Shown here piece by piece: positions 27,641 to 41,339 of a DNA stretch of 64,000 nt. The stretch is taken from the NCBI RefSeq assembly GCF_009914755.1, contig NC_060937.1. One strand, given 5' to 3'. The first letter of the stretch is position 1, and each line of letters opens with the position of its first letter. The position numbers were made by a program, and so were the translations under genes. Below the pieces are notes generated by a model that saw only the letters and a list, made by a program, of their open reading frames with translations, was not told where the DNA came from and did no database searches. The DNA is from the human T2T-CHM13v2.0 reference genome, Homo sapiens.

Positions 27641-29060
27641 GTCTTTAGTTTTTTTTTCTTAATTGACAAATAATAATCATACATATTTATGGGGTACGAT
27701 ATTTTAAAATTGTATATATTAGAGAATGGCTTGGGTCATAGTTACAGGGACAGTTGTATATACATATATATGTATATGAAGTTGTGATGAGCACAAAATT
27801 TAATGTTAGTTAATTTACTTCCTAGCATTTTTGTTCCCTCCATCTAAGACAAGTATAGTAGTTTGTCCAAAAAAAGGTATATTACTCTGTTACTGTATAA
27901 AAACAAAGCAACAAATAGATTATAATCTATAATAATACCTGATTCTGGAACTAGCCTATTTTATAGATGAATGAAGTTATTGAATAATGTATTTTTATTT
28001 TTATCATAAGTCTGTTTTTGTTTTATATAAAACAAGCAAAGTTACTAAATTTGGGAAGATAATGCTACATATGTTATAAGGCTATGCCTTAAATAGAAAT
28101 ATATAAATTTTACATGAGTTGTTGGTAACTTTTTTCATAATTTATAACCATGTATATTTCATGATGAAACACTGTAGTCATGCCTCTTGGCTAAAACAAA
28201 TTTGACATTGATAGTGGCCTAAGGGGTAAAACAGAATTAAAACAACAATAAATTTAATCAACAAAGGAGCATCTTTTTATTTCATACTAATCAAAGAAGC
28301 AATTTTTGATATAAATTCTTTATTAATTGTATGGAGTAGAATATTGGCTAATAAAGTCTACTGCTCAATAAAGAAGAAGACTCTACAGTGTCAGAAAAAT
28401 ATTAAACTAATGCTAAGTAATCAGAATCCAGAAAGGAATAGTAGATTTCAGAAGCTATTTTTTTTTTCTAGGCCATACTAATATATGTAGGCTTTAAAAT
28501 GCATTATGCTTCATTTTTCTACTTTACTTCCCCACCACTCAAAGCTTTTCTGGGTTATCTATCGCTACAAAACAAACATGCCCAAACTTCGGCAGTTTAA
28601 AACAACTACCTTGACAACATTGGAATGGCAGATTAAAGACCTGAGAAAATATGCACCTCCATAAAAACAAGGAGAACACTAATACAAAAACTTAAATGGA
28701 CTTTTTCAGAACTCTGGAAATCAACCAAAGGCTAATTGAAAAGGTGGCTATCCAAGAAACATGACCGAATTTTTGTAAAGACAGCAGCTTTGTGCAGTTT
28801 TAACTTGCCCTATTTCCATCTCTGTACCCCCAGCTCTACTGTAGCCTTGAATCCAGCAACTTCACAACCATAAGAGCTGTCCAAACCAGCAACCTAACTG
28901 CCATTAGAGAGGCCAGAATGGCTATGCAGGTTGTCAAAGAATCTCCATCTTTAAAGATTGTCACTATTTGGCCTGTCTGGCAGTTTCCTGGAAAACTCTT
29001 AATTCACAGCGTTTGTTTGTATAGGCATCAGAGCTCTCTCACTTAAAAGCCCATAGCCAG

Positions 29061-29366
<306 letters not shown>

Positions 29367-29819
29367 ACCCTTAGCCAGGGCATTCGAAACAAAAAAAAAT
29401 TAATGGCAATTGTTTAACATCACAGCTGCTTGAGTTGAATATTCTAATTAGGGCAAACAAGAGGCTTGCAAAAAAAAAAAAAAAATCTGGAAAATGAGAT
29501 ACCTATAAGGACTTTAAAAAAGTGCAACATATTCCAAAGATCTATATGGTCATGACTCCTATCTTATCCTAGCCCAGCAATCACAAGGAACAATGCCTCA
29601 CCCCAGGGGTTAATAGAGATTATGTGGAGAATCTGGGTTTCTGCCACCATTTGGCAGTAACAAGGCAATGTTCTCCGCTGCCAGAACCGTGTCAGAAAAG
29701 ATCAGTTAAAAGACAAAATTTAAATAGGATCCAGAATCGAATAACATAATAAAAAATGTTTAGGCTTCAGTTGAAAAATCAATCATTATACCAAGAACTA
29801 GAAGATTCCAAATTAGATA

Positions 29820-29983
29820 TTTTTTGTTTTGTTTTTGAGACGGTGTCTTGCTCTGCTGCCCAGGCTGCAGTGCAGTGGCACGTTCACAGCTCACTGCAGT
29901 CTTTTTTTCCTGTGGTCGAGCGATCCTCTCACTTCTGCCTCCCAGAGTACTGGAATTACAGACGTGAGTCACCGTGCCTGGGC
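29820..29983 (-). mobile_element. Alu monomer (FRAM-like)
   Basis: Single arm with J-type CAGCTCACTGCAG and GAGCGATCCTC; TSD TCCAAATTAGATATT / TCCAAATTACATTTT. Confidence 0.85.
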
Positions 29984-31284
29984 TCCAAATTACATTTTAA
30001 AAAATAAGTATATTTATGTCAATGCTGACATGACTGAGATGTTAGAAATATATGAGAAGGGCTTTAAAGCAGTCAATATAAAAATTATTCAATGAGCAAT
30101 TGTGAACATATTAAAAAAATGAAAACACAGCATCTTCAAAGAAATTGAAGATGTAAAGAAGAACCAAATGGAAATATTAGAACTGAAAAGTGCAATAATT
30201 AAAATTAAAATCTGAGGATGGGCTCAGCAGCAAAATGGAGGTTGTGGAAAATAACAATGATAGCAACAAAGAAAAAAAAACAGTGAACTGAAAGATGGAA
30301 CAATAGAATTTTTGCAATCTGGATAATATGACTGGAAAATATGAACAAATCTCAGTAGCCTTTGACACAATAATGAAAGATTTAATACCATGTAATTGAA
30401 TATCTGGAAAGAGGCAAAAGAGGGAGGAGCTATAAAAAGACTTAAAGAAATAATGGATGAAAATTCTCCAAATTTGGCAAGAGACATAAACTTACAAATT
30501 AAAGAAACTGAGCTACCTTCAAACAAGATAAAGCCAAATAAATCTGCACCAAGACACATCATAATTCCTGAAAACTAAAGCAAAAGAATACACCTTAAAA
30601 GCATCCAGAAAGGGAAAAAAGTATTTATCTATAGTGGAAAAACAAGTTAAATGAAACAGTACACATATTCCTCATTAGAAACCATGGATGCCAGAAATAA
30701 CAAATAAACAATACTTCTCATGTACCAAAAGGAAAGAACTGTTTTTTCAGTCTTATGCCCAGTGAAGATACCTTTGGGGGAATTAAAGGAAAATTAAGAC
30801 ATTCTCACATGAAGAAAAACTTAAAAAAAATTATGGCCAAGAAATCTACCATAAAATAATGGCTAAAGAAAGTGGGCTAAACTGAAAGAAAGGCTTAAAA
30901 ACAGAATCTTGAGACATGGAAAAAGGAATACAATAAGCAAAAATATGGGTACGTAAAATAGGCATTGCTTTTCCTCTTGATTTCTCTAAATTAAGTTTGA
31001 CAGTTAAAGCAAAATTACAAACTCTCTAATGTGCTCCTAAGTGTATGTAGAGGGAATATTTGAGACAAGTATATTATAAAATGAGGGAAGTGAAGAGACG
31101 TAAAGAGAGAAAAAGTTTTTATACTTAAATAGTAAAAAGAGAACACCAGTAGATTGTGATATGTACATGTAGTGGAATACCTAGAGCAACTCCCTCCAAA
31201 AAGCTCCATGAAGAGATGCCCTAAAAACACTATGCATATATCGAAATGGAATTCCAAAGTTATGTTGATGTAATACACAGAAAC

Positions 31285-33640
31285 TTTATTTTGGTAAAGT
31301 TCCAGGAGTGCTATTATTGGGTGGAATTTTTCTATATACATCTGTTAGTTTTTGTTGAAGGATTGTGTTGTTAAGATCTGTATTCTTGCTGATTTTCTAA
31401 TAGTTTTTTTTCAGTTACTGACAAAGTGAAGTGAGGGAGTTATTAATATTCCCAGAAAAATTGTAAATTTATCTGTTCCTCTTTTTAGCTCTATCAGTTT
31501 TTGCATCTAGTAGTTTAAGACTTTGTTATTTGGTTACTGCATTTAGGATCATGTGTCTTCTTGGTGGTTTGATCATTTGATCATTATTTAATGTCTTATT
31601 TGTCTCTAGTCATTTTGTTTACTCAATATTAATATAGCCATGTTTTTTCTTGATTACTGTTTACATGTTATATTTTTATCCATATTTTTCTATCAAACTA
31701 TGTTGTTGGGTTTGAGATTAGTTTATTATAAACAGTAGATTGTTAAACTATGCTTTTCATTCCTGAAGTATAGTTTTGTCAAATACAGCATTCACTACTG
31801 ATGGAAATTTTGTTACGGCTTGTGAAAAATGTGCTACTTCCTCCCTGCCAATATGGTTCAGATGAGAAATCTGCTGTCGGTTAAATTGGTGTTCCCCTTA
31901 TAGGTAATGTGTTATTTCACTCTGGCTACTTTCAAAATATTTTATTTCCTTCTTATTTTCAAATGTTAGATATGCTGTGTCTTGGTATGGGTTTCTTTAC
32001 ATTTATTATACTTCGAGTTTACTAAGCTTCTTGGATATGTATGTAGCTCTTTCGCCAAATTTTATAAGTTTTCAGCCATTATTACTTTTAATACTGTTTC
32101 ACCTTAATTATGTTTATTCTCTCTGGGAGTAGAATGATACAAAGTTGAGTCTTTTGTTATCCCCAAATGCCTTAGAGGTTCTGTTCTTTTTTCTCAGTCT
32201 ATCTTCTCTATGTAGTTCAGATTGGGTAAATGCTGTTGATCTCAAGTTCACCTATTCTGTTTTCAATCATCTCTATTATACTATTAAACCCATCCAGTGA
32301 GATCTTTTTTTTTTTTTTTTTTTGGCAGTGTTTTTTCAGTGGTTTGATTTATCTGGTGTTGATGAGGCTCCCTTTGGTCCCTGCAGGTGGTGGCTGAGGG
32401 GTCAAATGGAGTTTCCCAGGCTGGGCCACTGAGTTTATATTAGAGGGGAAGGGAATCAGGCCTGTGAAAATGAAGGGGCTTCCCTGGACCAGTAATTGTC
32501 ATGAAAGAATCCGCTATACAGGTACTCCAAGCAAATAGGTATCTCTTGGTAGGCTGTGGCAGTTTAGGTGTACTGAGACAGAATTTGACAGTGGGATCGC
32601 TTGTTATGCTGGGTTCTCTCCTGTCAGAGTTGTCTGGCTACCCTCATGCCTCCCAGTGGGGACAGATGTCCCAAGCCCACAAGGACAAAGAACTTCTTGG
32701 GCCTGACCACTTATTGTGGCAGGGCTCTTCCTAACAGTGCTGCTAATGACCTTTATATCTCCCAGTGAAGGAAAGATGGCTCATACTCATAAGGAGCTAT
32801 GACCAGTGCTCATTGTTGTGCTGACGTCATTTATGCCATTGCCCACGGGCAGTCCCAGCATTTTGGGGTCCCTTTATCATTTCAGGATCCTTCTTGGTGT
32901 TTCCACCCACTGTTCCAAATCAGTATGCAGTAGAGAGGGCAATGTTGATGGAAGAAGAATCTTAAAGCCAATGGTGAAGCATGGTGCTTTCCCTAATTGC
33001 CTATGGTTCTTTTTGTTTGTTTGTTTTGTTTTGTTTTGTTTTGAGATGGAGTCTCGCTCTGTCGCCCAGGCTGGAGTCCAGTGGCAGTATCTCGGCTCAC
33101 TGCAAGCTCTGCCTCCCGGGTTCACGCCATTCTCCTGCCTCGGCCTCCTGAGTAGCTGGGACTACAGGCGCCCGCCACCACACCCGGCTATTTTTTTTTG
33201 TATTTTTAGTAGAGTGTTAGCCAGGTTGGTCTTGATATCCGGACCTCGTGATCCGCCCGCCTCGGCCTCCCAAAGTGCTGGGATTACAGGCGTAAGCCAC
33301 CGTGCCTGGCCCCCTAATTGCCTATCGTTAGCAGATCTTCCAATAGATCACCTTGCCTACAGTGCCAGAGTTCCCTCATCTTTTGGGGGGAACTCCTGTT
33401 TGACCTAACAGAACAATAAGCCTACCTGGGCCGACTTCTGTTGTTAGGCTGGGGATTGGAAAAACACTGGGTTTGAGTCACCCTCTTATGTTGGGTCAGT
33501 AGACTTAATACATCCTTCTACTATATTGTTTCTCCAGTCCTGGGGACCCCAAACAAGATTACCTTCCAGTTACCAGTTTTTCAGAGATTTTCTACTATTG
33601 CATTTTACAATATTTCCAAAATTTATTGTTATACATAGCA
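31285..33640 (-). mobile_element. Old L1M endonuclease/ORF1/5' region, carrying an AluY
   Basis: GATGAGAAATCTGCTGTC...TTCACTCTGGCTACTTTCAAAAT antisense ORF1 text. Confidence 0.7.
33009..33311 (-). mobile_element. AluY SINE with small internal deletion
   Basis: CTGCAAGCTCTGCCTCCCGGGTTCACGCCATTCTC; TSD CCCTAATTGCCTATGGTT (32991-33008) / CCCTAATTGCCTATCGTT (33312-33329). Confidence 0.95.
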
Positions 33641-33914
33641 GATAGGAGCAAAAGAAACTGGCTCTCTCTCTGTTCCTCTAGGTATATAAATGGACATACC
33701 TGTTATCTCATAATTATCATTGCTTTTGTCAGGATTTCTCACAAATATGCCTTGAGATACAATTGAATAATGCATACAATATGTTAATTGGCCTACTAGT
33801 AATAGCTCCATTTATTAAGTATTGTACAAATTGAAGATTAGAAAAACAAATGTTATCTGTGTTTTATGAAACTACCACTTCATATACATAAAAATGTACA
33901 CTATGCTAAAATGG

Positions 33915-34850
<936 letters not shown>

Positions 34851-35684
34851 CTTAGGTATAAAAAGAGAGGTAAATTATGACTCCAATGTCAATAAAATAT
34901 AGAGATATAGAGGAAGAGACAGAGATAGAGATAGAGATAATAATACACATAGTTAAAACATCAAAACATGATATTACTAGCAAATTATGCTCAGGCTATA
35001 ATCTTGAATACTAATGACAATTTTACCATCACTAATACTTAGCACTCTTAAAATCACCGGTTTTTATTCAGTGTTCACTAATTTTAGTCATTTTGCATGT
35101 GTTATATCTAAAATGTATAATGATTATGTAGTGTTATATCTATTTTGTGGATGAAAAATTCAGTGTTTTTACTGCATTTTCTATTTCTCAATTTACTTGT
35201 AAATTAGACCTTATGTCTCTTTGTTAGCTATGACTGTCTGTATTTCCCATACTTTTTTCTCCCAACTGATTTATTTCATCTTATCTATCCTTCAGATTAC
35301 TCCATTTTCTGTGTTTAATCTACCATTAGACTCATTTTATGACTTAATTTGCTATGTATTTTTCAGTCTTTGCATTTGGCTTTTATCTCAAAGTTTCTAA
35401 TACTCTGCCTGAATTCTTTATCTGGTTATCTAATTTCCTATACATTTAACCACAATTATTTAAAACTCTTTACCTGACTTTAACTCCTTATATAACTTGA
35501 AAATCTCAACTTCCAATGAATTTTACAATTGCTTGTTTTTACTTTTTCTGTTTCACCCATCTATTATAAAATTTTTCAAAAATTCTGCAAAAACAAACTT
35601 AAAAGATATGAAAGTATCCAGAACTTTTTTCAAGATGATTGTATGTTTTATATTCCCAAAGACAGTGTTTGAGACTTTTGATTG

Positions 35685-38600
35685 TGTTATATCTTCACCA
35701 ACATTTGTTTTCTCCAGTGTTTTCAATTTTAGCCATTCTGGTATATGTGTAGTGAAACTTCCTTAATAATTTTAATTTGCATTGCCCTAATGGAAAATTT
35801 TGATAAATTCTTCATACACTTATTGGCCTTTCATGAGTCTTCATTTATGTAGGTAACTCTAACTTTTTGCCCATTTTTATTGGATATTTTCCCTTTTTCT
35901 TTTTCTTGAGCTGGGGACATTCTTTCCTTAAGCCAAATACCAACTCTGTGAGATACAGAATAAAAAAATAATTCTCTGAGTATGTGACTTGCCTATTCAT
36001 TTACTTAATGATGTTTGTTGATGATCAAAACTTTTAACTTTAATGAAATTCTGTTTCTCAATTTTCAATTTTGTGTATGTTACTTTCTCTCTCTTAAGAT
36101 GCATTTGCCCACCCCAAAACACGAAGATATTGTACTAAGTTTTTTAACAAATGCTTTAGGATTTCTTCTATGTATTTCATACTTTTGGGTTTTACATTTA
36201 ACTCTTTAATTTATCTTGGTTTAATTTTTGTATATACTGTAAGGGAAGGTTCCAGTTTTAATTTCTGCATATGACTAGCCAGTTCTCCCAGTATCATTTA
36301 TGAAATAGGGTATCCTTTCCTCATTGCTTGTTTTGGTCAGGTTTGTTGTAGATCAGATGTCTGCAGATATGCAGTATTATTTCTGGGTTCTCTATTCTGT
36401 TCCATTGGTCTATGTGTCTGCTTTTATACCAGTACCATGCTGTTTTGGCTACTGTAGCCTTGTAGTATAGTTTGAAGTCAAGTAGCAAGATGCCTTCAGC
36501 TTTGTTCTTTTTGCTTAGGATTGACTTGGCTATTTGGGCTCTTTTTTGGTTCCATATGAATTTTTAATTTTTTTTTAATTCTGTGAAGAATGTCAAAGGT
36601 AGCTTAATGGGAGTAGCATTGAATATAAAAATATCACAATATTATTCTTCCTATCCATGTGCATGGAATGTTTTTCCATTAGTTTGTATTCTCTCTGGTT
36701 TCTCTGAGCAATAGTTTGTAGTCCTCCTTGAAGATGTCCTTCACTTCCCTTTTTAGCTTTATTTCTAGATATTCTATTATTTTTGTAGCAATTGTGAATA
36801 GGAGTTCATTCATGATTTAGCTCTCTGCTTGCCTATTGTTGATGTATAGGAATGCTAGAAATTTTTGCACATTAATTTTATATCCTGAAACTTTGCTGAA
36901 GTTGCTTATCAGCTTAGGAAGCTTTTAGGCTGAGATGATGGGGTTTTCTAGAGGTAGGGGGCAAAGATTTCATGACAAAAATACAAAATCAATTGCAACA
37001 AAAGCAAAAATTGACAAATAGGATCTAATTAAACTAAAGAGCTTCTGCACAGCAAAAGAAACAATCACCAGAGTGAACAGACAACATAAAAAATGGGAGA
37101 AAAATTTTGCAAGCTATCCATCTGAAAAATGTCTAATATCCAGAATCTACAAAGAAGTTAAATTTACAAGAAAAAAACAAGCAACCCTATGAAAAAGTGA
37201 GCAAAGTTCATGAACAGACACTTCTCGAAAGAAAACATACATGCGGCCAAAGAACATAAAAAAAAAAAAAAAGCTCAACATAACTAATCATTACAAAATG
37301 CAAATCAAAACCACAATGAGACTCATCCCATGCCAATCGAAATGGTTATTACTAAAAAGTCAAAAAACAACACATGCTGGTGAGGTTGTGCAGAAAAAGA
37401 AGCACTTTCACACTGTTGGTGGGAGTGTACATTAGTTCAACCATTGTGGAAGACATTGTGGCAACTTCTCAAAGACCTAGAGGCAAAACTACCATTTGAC
37501 CCAGCAATCCCATTACTGGGTATATACCCAAAGGAATATAATTTATTATGTTATAAAGATACACGTACCTGTATGTTCACTGTGGGACTGTTTACAATAG
37601 CAAAGTCATGAAATCAACCTAAATGCCCATCAATTATACACTGAATAAAGAGAATATGCTACATATACACCATGGAATACCATGCAGCCATAAAAAGGAA
37701 CAAGATCATGTCTTTTGCAAGGACATGGATGGAGTGGAGCTGGAAGCCATTATTCTCAGCTAACTAACACAAGAACAGAAAACCAATCAATGCATTTTCT
37801 CGCTTATAAGTGGGAGCCAATTGATAAGAAAACATGGACATGTTGTGGGGAACAACACAGACTGGTCACCTGTGGGAGGTTGGGGGGAGGGAGAGCATTA
37901 GGAAGAATAGGTAATAGGTTCAGTGCTTAATTCCTGGGTGATGGGATGATCTGTGCAGTAAATCACCATGGTGCATGTTCACCTATGTAACAAACCTGCA
38001 CATTCTGCACATGTACCCCTGAAGTTGAAGGAGATAAAATTCTCTAAGGATTCTAATTTTACTCTGAGGTCTGTGATACACATTAATTCTTTTATAATAT
38101 AGTGTGAGGTAGAGGTTTATGTTCATTTTTTCCCATTATTGATATACGGTAATTCCTGTTCACTTGTTGAAAACACCTTACCTTCACGATTGGTTGCTTT
38201 GGCATCTTTGTCAAAAATCAAATGACAGTAATAATGTGTATCTTTTTCTGCACTCTGTTTTCTACTCCACTGATTAATGTGTTACCTCTTATGACAGAAT
38301 TACCTGGTCTTAAGGACTGTAGCATTATAGTTGGTCTTGATGTCATGTATTTTTCATCCTTCAACTTTATTCTGCTTTTAGAAGATGATTTTGACTATTT
38401 TGCATTATTTTAATTTTCATGTAGATTTCATATTCAGCTTGTCATTTATAAAATTCAGCTTGTCATTTATAAAATTCTAATAAGATTAAAATTCAATTAA
38501 TTTATAAAATTATAGGGATTCGTCACTTTAACAATATTGTCTTCAAATCCATGAACATACTATATCTCTGAAATGAACAAGTCCTTTTGTACACTCAAAA

Positions 38601-38700
38601 ATCTTTAGAGTCTTTTACTCTTATACTAAATATTTCTATTTTCAATGTTTTAATTTCACTGAAATCTAGGGATTTCAATATATGCTACTGAGCTATCCAC
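35685..38700 (-). mobile_element. L1ME-type ORF2 3' fragment, host of the inverted L1PA
   Basis: TTCAATTTTAGCCATTCTGG before and TTGTTGAAAACACC...GGCATCTTTGTCAAAAATCAAATGAC after the insert, collinear. Confidence 0.6.
36155..38035 (+). mobile_element. L1PA8A/L1PREC2-like LINE with 5' inversion (about 36155-36958 antisense, 36959-38035 sense)
   Basis: Antisense ORF2 switches at GGGGTTTTCTAGAGGTAGG|GGGCAAAGATTTCATGAC to sense ORF2 and 3' UTR ending CACATGTACCCCTGAA. Confidence 0.9.
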
Positions 38701-39279
38701 AGTCTGCTAGTATTAACATAGAAAATTTAAAAGTGTATTATGATCATTTACTCTTCTAGCTGTAAATCCCACCAGCAACTATTTTATTCTTTTGTTTTAA
38801 GAAGTTTTATGCTTTTAAAAAAGAAGGAAAAAAAAGATAAAAGTGTTTTTTCTTCATATTTACCCAGACATTTACCATTTTTAGTGCTTTCTATTCCTTC
38901 CTGTAGATCCAGATTTCCATCTGCTATCACTTCTTTCAGTCTGAAAAACATCCTTTAGCATTTCCTTTTGTGGAGGTCTACTGGCAACAAATACTTCTAG
39001 CGCTTTTAATTTAATTCTGAAAATGTCTTCCTTTTGATTTCATCTTGAGTGATATTTTTGGTGGATATGGAATTAAGGTTTTATGGCTTTTATTATTTTT
39101 GTTTCACTGCTGTCTTTAAGTCTTTATTGGGAAATTCATTGGGAATTTTTACTCCCCTGTTTTTATTATGTTTCTCCAATTGCTGTCAGATTTTTGTCTT
39201 TACTTTTCAGCCTTTTGCCAATGATGTGCTAAGGCATGGCTTTTTCTTTTTCATATTAGTTTTACTTGATGTTTGCTTA

Positions 39280-39660
39280 TGCTATGGTTTGAATATGTCC
39301 CCTAAAATCCTTGTGTTAGAAACTGAATCCTCCATCAAACAGTGTTGAAAGGTCGGACCTTTGAGAGATGTTTTGATCATGAAGGCTCTCCTCTCATGAA
39401 TGGATTAATACCACGATAAAAAGGGCTTCTGAGAGTAAGTTCACTCTCTTCTGATCTTCTGCCATATAAGACACAGAATTTGTTTGTTTTTGTACCTTCT
39501 ACTTTGTGCTATGTGAAAATGGAGCAAGAGAGTCCTCATCACATGCCAGCACCTTAATCTTGGAAAGTCTTCGGCTCAAGAACTGTAAGAATAAATATTT
39601 GTTCTTTATATGTTACCTAGTCTGTGGTATTTCATTATAGCAGCACAGAAAAATAAGGCA
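39280..39660 (+). mobile_element. MaLR solo LTR (MSTC/MSTD-like)
   Basis: TGCTATGGTTTGAATATGTCCCC...CTCATGAATGGATTAAT...AGAACTGTAAGAATAAAT...TAGCAGCAC...TAAGGCA. Confidence 0.85.
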
Positions 39661-40608
39661 ATTATTTAATCTGATCACCAACTTTGGAAAATTTGGGACA
39701 TTTGGGGCTAGAGTTTTTAAAAATACTTTTCTGCCTCATTCTGTTTCTTTTCTTTTTCAGGACACTAATTACATATAGATTATCTTCCTGCCTCACATAT
39801 ACCTGAGTTTCTGTTCATGTTGTTTATGTTTCAGCAACTGATTTTTCTCTTTATTCTTCAGAGTGATTATGTTGCAGGCTATTGTCATCAAATCCATTAA
39901 ATTTTTCTTCTAAAATGTATACATTGCTATTAAGCTTTTCAAGAGAATAATATTTTTTCTTTCAGTTCTATAACTATCATTAGGCTTTCTCTTTTTTATT
40001 TATTTATGTACTTTTTTTCTCACAAACATAATAATAAAACTGCTTTAAATTTTTTTGTAGTTTTCAATATTTGAATTGCTACAACGTTCATCTCTATTAA
40101 TTGTCTTTTCTCTTGAGAGAGTAACTTTTTTTGGTTATCCTCTGATTATATTTTATATTAAATGATATTAACTTATATCCTGATTTGACTAAAACAGTAG
40201 TTATATCTTTTGAATGGGTTTTCAAATTGCTTAGCTGATATGCTTTGAGTTTGCCTTGCACATGTGGGTTCCAGGGTCAGCCAGAGAGTAGGAAAAGTTT
40301 ATGCATAGAATTTGAGGCTCCTTCACTTTTGCTCTCTTTTTTTCATGTGATTACCTCCTTAATTTCCAGTGGGTCTAGTTTTTCCAAACTCTATTAGGTT
40401 TACCAGTCCAGAAAGACTGATTGGGCAATCAAACTTTATATACCTGGTGCATATTTATCATAACCTGTACTCAAACAAAATATTGGAAAAATGGGAAAAA
40501 AACATTCATGGTATCTTTTTTTTTCTGTGTTCACTCCCTCCCGCCCAAAATCCTATTGCTTTTAGAAATCACTTTTAGCAGTTGCGTCCATGTTTATTCC
40601 AGAGTTCA

Positions 40609-40996
40609 TGTTACCGAAAAACCGGTGTTTCAGTCCAGGCTCTGCTGCTCACTGAACAGGAAGCCAATCACTGAAAGGACAAGTACTGCCAAGGACGACG
40701 GCTTTAATCGGGTACTCAGTCTCAAATCAGTCTCCCTGACTGACCAAAACTAGGCTTTATATAACCGGGAAGAAATGTACAGTGAATAAGAAAACAAGAA
40801 CTAGGGAGAGGCAGGGAAGCAATCATGATGAATGAAGGGTCCAGCATCTCTTGTCTGGATGTGGAGATCTGATGAGTTTCAGTTCTTTGATACTTTTTGT
40901 AAGAGGCCTGAAAGTCATTTCCTCATGAACTCAGATAAAAAATTATAAGATTTAAGCTTTAAGATGAGAAGGGTCAATTTCTATAAAAGAAGGAAA

Positions 40997-41057
<61 letters not shown>

Positions 41058-41062
41058 AAAAA

Positions 41063-41128
<66 letters not shown>

Positions 41129-41339
41129 AAAAGAAGGAAGGGAAAAGAAAAGAAACAGAAAGAAAAGAAAGAAGGGAGGGAGGGAGAGAGAAAAAGTAAA
41201 GAAAGAAAGAAAAAAGAAAGAAGAGAGAGAAAGAGAGGGAGAGAGGGAGGGAAGGAGGGAAGGAAGGAAGGAAAGAAGGAAGGAAGAAAGGAAGGAAGGA
41301 AGGAAGGAAGGAAACTGTGGGACTATTGGGTCAGTTTTA
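40609..41339 (-). mobile_element. ERV1-class solo LTR (LTR26-like) with internal purine expansion
   Basis: TGTTACCGAAA...GAAGCCAATCACTGA at one end, TGTGGGACTATTGGGTCAGTTT at the other; 4-bp TSD TTCA/TTTA. Confidence 0.75.
40985..41314. repeat. (GAAA)n/(GGAA)n compound polypurine microsatellite
   Basis: About 330 bp of A/G with only two pyrimidines seen. Confidence 0.97.

Noticed and set aside
32806-33408. 200-aa ORF and other Alu-overlapping ORFs (937, 978, 11196, 18758, 19674, 34384)
   Set aside because: Read-through of Alu sequence giving the standard artefactual Alu peptides
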